Shown here: positions 1 through 10,553 of the stretch, in pieces
Position numbering within the stretch: position 1 is the stretch's first letter
Layout: each line of letters begins with the position of its first letter
Assembly: GCA_002269645.1 (NCBI GenBank)
Contig: NIVC01004365.1
Coordinates: 1 to 48,412, forward strand
Origin: Macrostomum lignano
Taxonomy: Eukaryota
Direction of reading: 5' to 3'
DNA: 48,412 bases
Made by a program: the position numbers and the translations under genes
Notes under the pieces: model-generated
Seen by the model: the letters and a program-made list of their open reading frames with translations, nothing else
Databases searched by the model: none
What the model was told of the DNA's origin: nothing

Positions 1-399
1 CATTTCGAGCGTTTGCGTCCGTCAATATTCCGTTCCAGGAAGCCATGTGGACTGCAGAACGCCTCGGCATTAATTGTTAAGCATTCCGTCTCTTTCGTTG
101 GCTTGCGAACCAGGAATCTACCTGCCAAGGGAGTGCACAGAAGAATGTAAAAAGTTGCGCGATGAACTGATCAGGTCGCTGAACCCTAGTTCAGAAGTGG
201 GAGAAACTTTACCACTGGATAATTTAGTATATTCGCGAAATTCCTGAAGCCATGTGGACTGCAGAACGCCTCAGCATTCATTGTTAGGCATCGTTTTTTC
301 TCTGTTAAGCGCAACTCGGCATCGCTTCTTCCCAGTTAGTTAGAGCTCGCTGTTTCACTTCTATTTATTTTTTATCTGCAAGGCTTAATCGGCGAGATT

Positions 400-785
400 G
401 AAGGGATGGGGCTGGAGGGGAGAAGAGGGTGGAAGCTGGAGGGTAGGGGGTGGGGCTAAAGGGTAGGAGGGTGGGGCTGGAGGGAAGGGGGTGGGGCTGG
501 AGGGGAGAAGAGGGTGGAAGCTGGAGGGAAGGAGGGTGGAGCTGGAGGGGAGAAGAGGGTGAGGCTGGAGGGGAGAAGAGGTTGGAAACTGGAGGGGAGG
601 GTGGGGCTAGAGGGTAGGAGGGTGGGGCTGGAGGGGAGAAGAGGGTGGAAGCTGGAAGGGAGGGCGGGGCTAGAGGGTAGGAGGGTGGGGCTAGAGGGTA
701 GGAGGGTGGGGCTGGAGGGTAGGAGGGTGGGGCTGGAGGGGAGAAGAGGGTGGAAGCTGGAGGGCAGGGCTGGAGGGAAGGAGGA
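400..785. repeat. G-rich minisatellite (about 21-25 bp degenerate units)
   Basis: Repeated GGGTGGGGCT(G/A)GAGGGTAGGA and GGGGAGAAGAGGGTGGAAGCTGGAG units; the overlapping 93-aa ORF merely translates the repeat. Confidence 0.9.
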
Positions 786-1479
786 TCTTTTGTAAATTTA
801 CTACTTAGTAGTAGTAAAAAAAGAATTTTTTATTCAGTACTCAGTAAAATTTGCAGATTCTGTAGGTTCCATTAAGTTTTTGCGACATAACAAAAATTTA
901 TCAAAGTTTCGAGATTAGATTAATAGAGATGAGAAATGAGAAATTAGCTTAGCCGCTGTCCATCGGGCAGAAGACGAAGAGGTGGTTGTTATCGATATGG
1001 TGCCAGAGCCTTAACAAATTTATTTGTTAATTAATCAGTTAGTCGAATTCCTTTCTTGCAGATGCGACCTGCTCTTCAAAGCGTGCCGAATTCTCTCCCT
1101 GTGCCGCAATTCTTTATTCATCTCACCTCAATGCACCAATGCACCACTCACAAAATTCAATAGAATATTTATTTATCGAACGCAAAACATGGGGCTCTAT
1201 TTTCTAACTGATTCATTTTATTATATATTTCACAAGCTGTTGAAACCCGCGGATTTTGAACCCGGGGAACTCCATTTCCTGGAAATTCCCATGGAATTAT
1301 TTTTGCATGTATTCTAAAATCCAAGGTCAAACTCAAACAAAAACTTGTTAATAGTTAGGATAGAGTTAAACGTAAAATAGTGTACATTCATGTAAAATTA
1401 GGATTTGAGGCAAACATTGCTAGTGTTGGCTGGGTTGCTGCGCAAAATGTCAGGCAAACTCTGGCCTCTACCTCTGCCT

Positions 1480-1552
1480 CTCCCTATGTCCTTTGCATCC
1501 TTTGAAACTTCCATCTTCTTTTCTGTTTCCTATCTTCTCTCTTGTCTCTTCT

Positions 1553-1619
<67 letters not shown>

Positions 1620-3560
1620 ATCTGTTATCTCTTCTTTCTTCTCTCCTCTGTCCTCTCTCCTCTCTCATCTCTTCTCTCGTCTCTTCCCTCTCCCCTCTAT
1701 TTTTTTTCTCTCTCCCCTCCTCTCTTCCCTCTGCTCTCTGCTCTCGCTTCCCTCACCTCTTTTATCACTCCTTACTCTACCCTCTCTCAACTCTTTACTT
1801 ATCTCTACTCTCTTCTTTTTCCTCTCTTCTCTCAACTCTCTCCTCTCTTCTGTCCACTCTCTCCTCTCATGTCTTCTATCGTCTCTTCCCTCACCTCCCT
1901 TCTTTTTCGTCTTCGCTCTCTTATCTCTCATTTCTCTTCTTTTATCTTCTCTCTCGTCTCTTCTCAGTCTTTCTCTCCTATTATCTCTTCTTTCTTCTCT
2001 CGTCTCTTCCCTCGTCTCTATTTTTTTCTCTCTCCTCTCCTCTTTTCTCTCTAGTCTCTGCTCTCTCATATCTCCTTTCTCCTCTTTTATCTCTTCTCAT
2101 TTCTCTCTGCTCTCTACTCTCTCTTCCCACTGCTCTCTGCTCTCTCTTCCCTCACCTATCTTCTCACTCCTTACTCTACCCTCTCTCAACACTTTCCATA
2201 TCTCTACTCTCTCCTCTCCTCTGTCCACTCTCTCTTCTCATCTCTCCTATCGTCTCTTCCCTCACCACCCTTCTCTCTCGTTGCTCTCCTATCTCTCATT
2301 TCTCTTCTTTTATCTTCTCTCTCTCTTATCTTTTATCATTTCTCTCTGCTCTCTCTCCTCTCCCCCCTCTCTCTCCCCTCTCATCTCTCTGCTCTCTCCT
2401 GTCCTATCTCTCTTCTCTCTAATCTCTCCCCTCTTTTCTCTCCTCTCTCGTCCTTTTCACCAATTTCCCCTGTTTTCTCGATTCTCTCCCTTCCCCTCCT
2501 CTCTCCTCACTCACTTCTCATCTCTCCTTGTCTCCACCTGTCATCTCTTATTTCTTATCTCTCCTCTTTTCTCTCTACTCTCCCATCTCTCGTCTGTTCA
2601 CTCTCGTTTCTGCTCTCTCATCTCCCCTCTCTCATCTGTCATCTTTACTCTCATATGTTCCCTCACCTCTCTCCCCTTGTACTCCTCTCTTTCCCCTTTT
2701 TGACTCAGGAGGACTCGATCTTTTCTTCTTTCTTCTCGTCTCTTCTCCTCTCTTCTATACTCTATCCCTCTCTTGTCTTCTCTCTTCTCTCTCTCCTCTT
2801 TCCTCTCTTATTTTCGTCTGTTCACTCTCATCTTCGCTCTCTCATTCCCCTCTATCTTCTGTCATCTCTACTCTCCTCTCTACTGTGTATTCTTCTATTT
2901 CCCCTCTTCTGACTCCTCTCTTTCCTTACTCCTCTCTTCTCTTCCCTCTTCTATACTCTCTCCCTCTTATTCTCTTCTCTCGTTTCTCTGCACTCTGCTC
3001 TCTCTTCCTTCATCTCTACTCTCTACTCTCTCGATCATCTTTTCTTTCATCTCTCTCATCTCTACAATCTCATCTCTTTCCTCTCTCCTCTTCCATTTAC
3101 TCTATTATCTCTCCTTTCTCCTCTCAACTCTTTCTCAACTCTCTCTTTTATCTCTTATCTCATCTTCTCACTCCTCTCTCCCCCCTCTCCCCCTCTTATC
3201 TCCTCTCTTCTCTATCCTTTCTAATCTCTCCTCTCGATCCTCTCTCATCTACCTCTCTGTTCTCTCATCTCTCATCTCTTCTCACTCTTCTCTACTCTGC
3301 TCTCTCATCGATCCTCTGTCTCTTCTCTCCCCTCTTCTCTCTCCATCTTCTCACCTCTACTATTTCATCTCCCCTCTTCTCTCCATCTTCTCACCTCTAT
3401 TATTTCCTCTCCCTTCTCTCTACCCTCCTCTCGCTTCTTCGTTCCATATTCTCTGCTCTCTCCTCAACCCCCTCGTACGTCTCTCCTGTTATCATCTATC
3501 TTTTATTTTACCCCCCTATCGCCCCTCCTCCCTTTCTAATAGTCTATTCCTTTTTCTTTT
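1480..3560. repeat. Pyrimidine-rich (CT) low-complexity block including a pure (CT)n microsatellite at about 1556-1613
   Basis: Plus strand dominated by C/T for about 2 kb; same texture as the CT blocks inside the tandem units. Confidence 0.9.
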
Positions 3561-4479
3561 CACTCTCATCTGGCCCGCAGCCATGAGCTGGATTCTTTAT
3601 CTGCATGGCCTTTGAGATAAAAATCTGCCGATCCCCGCTTCGAAAGCCAGTTTGTGGGACGTAGTACTATAATGGTTGTTATCATTTCTCATGCTTTAAT
3701 CACGTCATCTTTCTGGCCAATTTAGCAGCCCTGAGAGGAATTAGTGTATCTCCAGCTCCACGACCACCACCACAGTCTGCAGCAGTCTAACAACTAAGGA
3801 AATACGCATTTATTAGGAGGCCATTTATTTTAAAGTAACCTTATGCGAATCTTAATGTTTAAATTTTCATGGTGTAACTAATTTAGTAGGATAGGATTGC
3901 ATTGTAATCAGTTATTCATTAATTTTTCGTTATCACACATCGCCTTGACTTGCAATTGCCATCCTTGTTTAACTGCTGCAGACTTGTCTATACAGAGGAC
4001 AGTGGTTTGAATCTCTCGCTAAACTGTCTCTCCTCTCCACGCCTCTAGCTCTCCACTCGCGGGGTACAGAGAAGGCTATTAAAAAGTTATTCTAAAACAC
4101 TGTACATTCGCTATGTACATTGAGCCCTATCGCCTGACCCTTCGTCTGGCTCTGGGGGAATGAGTGAGTGAGTGGCACAAACAACAGAAAAAGCAGACAA
4201 ACTTCACATGTTTACAGTTTCTGTTCTGATTGAGTTAGAGAGTTGAAACTTTACATTTAGACAGAGAATGAGTCAAAGAAGAATTGTGTTAAATTTGAAG
4301 TCAATCGCTTTACGTGGAGCAAACTTATGGCAGCCGAAAGTTAGTCATTTTAAAACCTATTTACACTTTGCCCAGATCGGGAAAGAGAGGCAGGCGGGCG
4401 GAGGTTGGGGTGGTTGCAACGCTGAAAAAAACAGCCTAACTTTAAAATTGCACAGCGCCGTTCAGGATTAACTTTAAAA

Positions 4480-4786
4480 CTCGAAATTTTACACGATTGT
4501 GTCAAAATAGTTGAAGATTGAGTGTGTCCAATTTGAAGAGAATCGGTGGAAGTGGAGCGGCGCTATGGAGGATTTAGTGAAAAATCGCGCATTTTGAGCA
4601 GTTTTTTGCACTTTTAGGTGGGAAGACTCAAATTTAGGAAATTTTAAGGTAGCCTATGACACTTTCCGTAGTGAATTTAGGGTGGGTGCAATATTTGGTG
4701 TAATTTGGTTGAGCGGTTTGGGAGTCTATAGCGAAGTAATTTGTACACAGACAGACACACACACAGTTTTGATTTTTATAGTTAGA
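4480..4786 (-). mobile_element. 5' terminal region of a second non-autonomous Helitron-like subfamily
   Basis: Minus strand from 4786 reads TCTAACTATAAAAATCAAAACTGTGTGTGTGTCTGTCTGTG...CCCAAACCGCTCAACCAAATTACACCAAATATTGCAC. TC start, AT-rich stretch and TGTC microsatellite are typical of metazoan Helitron 5' ends. It abuts the CTCG end of the next unit. Confidence 0.6.
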
Positions 4787-6009
4787 CGAGTGGAACTCCT
4801 CCTCTGGAGGAGAAAGGGGAAGAACTCCCATCACCGGAATTCTGAAGGGGAAAAACTCCTATCAGCTGAAATTCCATGACTTGAATCCCATCTTCCAAAT
4901 CATCTCCAAATCCTCTACAATGCATTTCAATTACCGGATATATTGTTTTCCCTATTTGCAAAAACTCACTGGCATTGTCCAGACTCGGACTCTCACGTCT
5001 CTCATATCTCCTCTCTCCTCTTTTTGCTATTATCGTGACTCTCTTCTCTCTCCCCTCTCTCATCTCTACCCCTACTCCCTTATTTATCTCTTCTCCTTCG
5101 TCTTTCGTCTGTACCCTCTCCTGTCTCTTGTCTCCTCTCTTCTCTCATATCTCTCCTCTTCACTTCTGTCTCCTGTCTCCTCTTCTCTTTTATCTCTCCC
5201 TCTTCTCTCCTCTCTCATATCTCATCTCTACTCACTTATCTATCGTCTCTCTTAACCCTCTCTCTTCTCTTTTCTCTTCTCTCTGCTCTCATTTCTCATA
5301 TCTCATATACGCTCTCAGACTCTACTTTCTTGTCTCCCATCTTTCTTTCCTCCTTTCCACTATCCCCCGTCTCTTCTCTTCTCTCTTTTCTATCCTCTCC
5401 ATTCTCTCTTTTCTCCTCTCCTTGCTCCTTTCATCTTCTCCCCTCTCTTCTCTAATCTCTAATCTCTTCTCTCTTATGTTCTCACTCATCTCTTCTCATC
5501 GGATCTCTCATCTCTCCTCTCCTCACTACTTTCCTCTCTACACTCTCTCATATCTGATCTTTTATCTCTCTCCTCTCTCCTCTCTCTCTTCTCCTTTCGC
5601 TTCTCTCTCCTCTCTCTCTCTCATCTCTACTACCTTATTTATTTCTTCTCCCTGGTCTTTCGTGTGTACTCTCTCCTGTCTCCTTTCTCCCCTCTTTTCT
5701 CCTCTATTCTCTCTCCCCTCCTCTCTCATCTCTCATCTCTCATCTCACTCTTTCTTTCTCCTCTACTCTCCCCTCTCTTCTATTTCCTCTGTACGCTCTT
5801 ATCTCTCATCTATTCTCTCTCCTATCATCTCTCTTGTCTCCCTCTGCAATCTCATATCTCCCCTCTCATCTCCTCTCTCCTCTTCTCTTCTCTCTCCTTC
5901 GTTCCCGCCTTACTCCCCTCTTCTCTCCCATCTGTCATGTCTAGTCTCTCCTCTCATTTCTTCTATCTTTTCTTTTCATTCTTCTCTTTACTTTCTTCTC
6001 TGACTGATT

Positions 6010-6345
6010 GAAGATGCCAAATCCATCAAGATCCTTTCCGCGAAGCAGAAAAATCCTGTCCGTGCAACTGAAAGCTATCGAAATCCTCTCCGTGAAACTG
6101 GACTCCTTCGAAATCCTCTCCTTGAAACTTAAATCCATCAAAATCGTCTCCATAAAACAGAAATCAATCGTAAATTATCTCCGCGAAACAGAAATCCTCT
6201 CCGTGAAGCTGAACATCATCGAAATCCTCTCCGTGAAACTGAACACCATCGAAATCCTCTCCACGAAACAGAAATCCTCTCCGTCAAAATTAAAACATTG
6301 AAATCGTCTCCGCTAAACTGGACTCAATCGAATTTTTTCCGTCAA
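6010..6345 (+). repeat. 30/21-bp subrepeat block of the tandem unit (GAAATCCTCTCCGTGAAACTGAACACCATC-like)
   Basis: Tandem degenerate copies; homologous blocks at about 18980-19220, 20380-20650, 22890-23390, 25440-25690, 27540-27900, 30170-30670, 32715-32960, 34820-35180, 36860-36985. Confidence 0.85.
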
Positions 6346-6370
6346 ACAACTCAACTCTCCAGATTAATTA

Positions 6371-6393
6371 GTTAGGGTTAGGGTTAGGGTTAG
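6371..6393 (+). repeat. Interstitial telomere-type (TTAGGG)n cassette, one per tandem unit
   Basis: GTTAGGGTTAGGGTTAGGGTTAG here; same cassette at 19245-19268, 20679-20708, 23419-23442, 25714-25743, 27921-27954, 30695-30718, 32990-33019, 35201-35234; degenerate copy at 47571-47586. Confidence 0.9.
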
Positions 6394-6777
6394 AACTACG
6401 CACAGCTTCGTGTTAAAAGGCACTGATAAAAATATTGAACTAATTGAATCAATTCATTGCGCAACCGATTTCACAGTCAGTCAGTATCAGTCTCAGTTAA
6501 AGATAACAAAAGCATTGCGCAATCTAAATCAACCCTCCAATACACAGCAGCAGTGAGAAGTTGAACCCTCCCCCCAACTTTATCTATTACGTCTCGCAAA
6601 ACTGAGTACAATTTTTGCAGAAAGTTAAAAGTATGGAAGTAGTTTTTGATATGCTGTGCTTTTTCTTTTCATAATTTAAGCAAGCAACTTATATCCCCGA
6701 ACTCAGCGTTGCAAGATCTTTCCAGCAATATAAGTTTCTCCTCTCAAAGTTTAAAACTCGAGGAACAGTTAGCGTTT

Positions 6778-8998
6778 TGATGTAACCACGCTCTGGTCGC
6801 GGGATAGGGCATGGGAACTTTTTCGAAAGTGCCTCCTATCCCGTGCACCCTCTGCACAGAGCTGTCGAGACTCGGCCAGGTCTCCGACCGGGCCTGGAGA
6901 CTCCCGCTCTGCTGCACCCCTCCTGCTGCCTTGGTCCCGTCTCTCCTGCCGCCACACCTGCCTTTCCGGAGCCCCTACCCCTTTCTGTACCTCCCCCTCT
7001 ACCCTATCTCTTCTGTTCCCGCCCTATTCTTCCTGTACTTTCTCTACCTCCTCCTTTTTTTGTCTCCCTCTGCACTCTTTTCCTGCGCTGTCCCCTCTTT
7101 CCCTGTGTCTACTTACAGTACTTTGTGTGCTCACCGTCTCCCCATCCCCTCTCAAACTCCCAAACGGTGACGCAAGTCGTGTGACCCCTTCTCCCCCTCG
7201 GTGACTCATCGATGACTCATCCCCCTCTCTTGCGCAACCTTTTCTCACGCTATTGTTCTCCTTCCCAAATTTCTCATGTGACACCCACCCCACCTCCGCT
7301 TCTATTGTTCTGGTTTTTGCTTCTTTTGTTCTCTCGACCCCCACCAATTATCACATTTTCTCCGATTTTCTCTTTCTTTTGTTCTCGTTTTCGCACCTAA
7401 TTATCACCTTTTCTCCAATGTTTACTTTTCCATTGTTCTCAGTTTTCCCCAATTATCCCCGATTTCCAATTCCTTTGTTCTCGACCCCAGCCCTATTGTT
7501 CTCAATGTTTGCTTGCGCAACACTTTCGCGACCACCCGCTGCGCCAATTATCCCCCCACCCCACCTCCGGATTGCGCAATTTCCCGATTTCTCATGTTGC
7601 TATGCCGGTCTCATGCTTCTCATCATGACTCATTCTGACGTCATTCTGCCGGCAGCCAATCAGAGAGAGGGAGCCATGGTAACGACCTTGAGGAGGCGGC
7701 TGTGAGGTCTATAAAAGGAAGCGATTTCGGCATGAGAATACTCAACTGAGTTTATCTCTGTTCCTCTCCTCGTCCTTCTTTGGACTTGCTGTCAGATTGA
7801 GTTCTGACCCATTCGTCTATAAGACGAATCCCTGCCGGCCCGCGGTCTGTTACCGCCAAGTTATCCTTAGCTCCCCAAGTGAGCTCGCCTATCGGCCAGC
7901 GGTCTGATACCGCCCAGCATCATCAGCATCGCCTGATCTACATCAGCGCCTCGTCGCTCCAGCGCATCGCCGCTTCACCGTCTGCCTGACTGCAGCCTAC
8001 AGCCGCCCTCGGTCACTCCGTCTCTCTCTCTCTCTCTCTGTGCAGCTGCCGGTAAGTTCCTACTACTAATTTGTGCTCTAATTGCCTTTGCTTATCCGGG
8101 GTTTGCCTATTTTCCATTGTCTGATTAGAGAGCTGAGTCAATTGTGATACCGTATCTTTTGCTGTATTTTACTCAATAGTGAAGCCGCCTAATTGCCTGC
8201 TTATTTGCCTAAGGGCCTAATTATTAACTATTAACTAACTTCATCATTATTCAATCTTTCACCATCATTTCACTCATGGCTTGCTAAGCCTTTCTCCCGG
8301 GGTGGCAAAGCATAAGGAAGTTTGGGTAAGCTAATGGCCTCTCCCCGTGCAAAGCCCGCCTGTGAGTGCGTGCTGCGGGGCCGCGTGTGCGTGCAGTAGA
8401 GGGATTAGCGAGTCTTGGCACAGAATGGCAGTAGGAAGGTTGCAACCCCATGCTAACGCGTCCCTTCGCCCTGAGCAATCTAAACTGTAGACAGTACATG
8501 TTCGCCTCATACTACTCTTAGTAATCAAAGTCGCAAGTCAGCCTCGCTCACAGCCACAAAGGATCCCCTGCTGAGAAATCCTCCAGGATTGAGCCCAGAG
8601 TTCCCGATCATGCCCCAAGCAGAGTCCCTGTACTCGGCTGCATGCGTCTCCCCTGTTAGCCTAAATCCCCTGGTAACCAATCCAGGCGGGGCTCTAGCCT
8701 CGAGAGGTCTGGTAGAAAGATCCAGGTGCGCCAGGTCACATAGAGTGGTGGCAGCCACTCGGTCATACCATGACCGAGTGACCAACTATTGCACCTTGGC
8801 TACAGGTGGGGTCCATGTGGGTCCTTGGCCCTCTGGTCACGAAGCGCTACCAAAGCTACTAATCATGTGGGCGGGACAGTCTGGTGCTGGAGGTCCGTCA
8901 GGTCATTGCCCGGTCATAGGCAGCCTACGGTCATTGCCCCCTCTAGCCATGCGTTCGTCTCTCTACGGAGCGGACAGGCGACAAGGGCGGTTACATCA
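6778..8998 (+). repeat. 5' LTR (2221 bp)
   Basis: Begins TGATGTAACC and ends GGTTACATCA (10-bp terminal inverted repeat, TG...CA); direct repeat of 16098-18314. Confidence 0.95.
7202..7716 (+). promoter_or_regulatory. Putative LTR U3 promoter: AP-1, CRE, C/EBP motifs, CCAAT and TATA box
   Basis: TGACTCA at 7202, 7213, 7626; TTGCGCAA at 7230, 7513, 7572; TGACGTCA at 7636; CCAAT at 7656; TATAAAA at 7710; imperfect 50-bp repeats (TTGTTCTC...AATTATC) at about 7330-7510. Duplicated in the 3' LTR. Function inferred from motifs only. Confidence 0.6.
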
Positions 8999-9001
8999 AA
9001 A

Positions 9002-9019
9002 TGGTGGCAGCGGTGGGAT
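9002..9019 (+). other. Primer binding site, tRNA-Leu type
   Basis: TGGTGGCAGCGGTGGGAT, 3 nt after the LTR end; complementary to the 3' end (...ATCCCACCGCTGCCACCA) of eukaryotic tRNA-Leu(AAG/TAG). Confidence 0.85.
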
Positions 9020-10553
9020 TGTATCTCTGTAGGGTATCAGTGTGACTCAAAAATCTCGGGCTAAAAAAAGTGTCACCTCTTATGGAATACCTGCGATCAG
9101 CCCGGACCTGAATTCTGCGGTAACCCCTGGTGCCTTCATGGCTGGGATTCGATCCCAACGTGTCTGCTGACTCTCCCCACTGCATTGCAGACCCGGTAGT
9201 AACTGCTTTGGTTGCATTTGGGCTGGTGCAGTGGCTGGAAATAGTAGATCCCATAGTATCCTATTGATAGTGGAGTTCAGTGAGTATTGGAATGGTGTAC
9301 TGGAAGTCTGGTGGCCCCCAGTGATCTCGTAATGTTTCCTGCTGCATTCTCCTCCTTTAGTAATTCCTCCCCCCTGCTGTCAGTCTGATAGGGGAGGTGG
9401 GTGTGCCAATCAGCCCGACCCGGTAGAACGGCGCTCCTGCCCGACTTGTCAGCCTGGCCCAGGAAGGCGCTATTGCGCAACTCTTTTCCCCTCTGGCCAC
9501 TGCAGCCCACTAAGCGCTTAGACGCAGGGTTGCATGCAGTCCCCTAATGTAAAGCCCCGGTACATAGAGTGCCACCCAATGCCCCGCAAGGTCAATAAGA
9601 CGGGTTGACGTCTCTGGCAACTTGGAATAACCTAGATGGAGGTACCGCTGTCTCCTGGTAGAACCGGGCGTTCAAGTACAGTAAAGTGGAGAGGCTGACA
9701 ACTGTAGGACTTTCTCCGCCATCAGATAAAGGTCCCAAGTATGCTATTTCGAGCTGCAGCAAAGGTGGAGTATCGGAGGGGCAAGCATTTCAGGAAGATA
9801 CTCACTTAGGTCTGTTTATCCTAGGAAAGCGGGCGAGAGTTTCAGGCTTGTAATCCGCCTAACCTGAAAACTTCGGGGACAGTTTAGTCTGGACTCCCGC
9901 TGCGCGCCTTCGCTCTGAACAGAAGGGGGAGGTCTTGGTTTTTGTGGATTCTGCTAGACGTAGGGGAGCTGGATTCCCGCCTTTTGTGAAGCTGCGTGTA
10001 CAAGATTGGTAGTCCTGAGGTGGAAGCCCCACTGGACTCCGACGGTTTTCCGGCTGTGCAAGGGCAGTAAAGTGGGAGGACCTCCATGGGGATTGCTCCC
10101 GCCACTTGGGTTTTTGGGTCAGGCGCCAACGCTTCTTCGTAGTAGCTTTCTTAAGGAAATGGGGTCCGGCGCGCAACCCTAGGGGAGAATTTGTACAGGT
10201 GCCGTAAGTCCGTTTACGGTCGGCATTTGGGTTCCCTAGCATGGCCGCAAAATGAAGGTCAAGTCTCTCTGAATAGCCAATTTTTCCCTGTCAGGATGTG
10301 CCATAGACAACTGGTAGTGGTAGCCGCAGTTTGAGTCAGTGTGCTTTGCCGAGTGAAGCCGTTAGGACTGCCTAAATGGAATTATGTGGAGCCACCCGTT
10401 TTTCAATTTGTTTTCTTCGACGCCGCAAGTGTGTGAGTTTTGTCTGTGTTTGTGTGTTTCGGATCAACTTTTCGGTCTTTACCTGTAGTTGCCCCGGTTT
10501 TCTTTTCTTTTCCTTCCCGGTAGTGGGTACTCCCCCAGCTATCCGGCTTTCAC

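Noticed and set aside
1024-1317. 97-aa ORF and other short ORFs in AT-rich spacers (38484-39213, 39888-40130)
   Set aside because: Non-ATG or weak starts, no motifs, no exon-like composition.
1405-6011. Long Leu/Ser-rich ORFs (up to 432 aa), and equivalents in every CT block to 36857
   Set aside because: CT-rich DNA lacks stop codons, so several frames are open at once; the translations are compositional artefacts, not membrane proteins.
6010-6345. CRISPR-like appearance of the 30-bp repeats
   Set aside because: Repeats are degenerate and contiguous without unique spacers, there are no cas genes, and the context is eukaryotic.
7741-7860. Self-cleaving ribozyme in the LTR
   Set aside because: Hairpins are present, but I could not find the hammerhead core (CTGATGA...GAAA) or an HDV-like fold.
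9002-9019. tRNA-Leu gene fragment
   Set aside because: Only 18 nt, includes the CCA complement and sits directly after the LTR: a PBS, not a tRNA gene.
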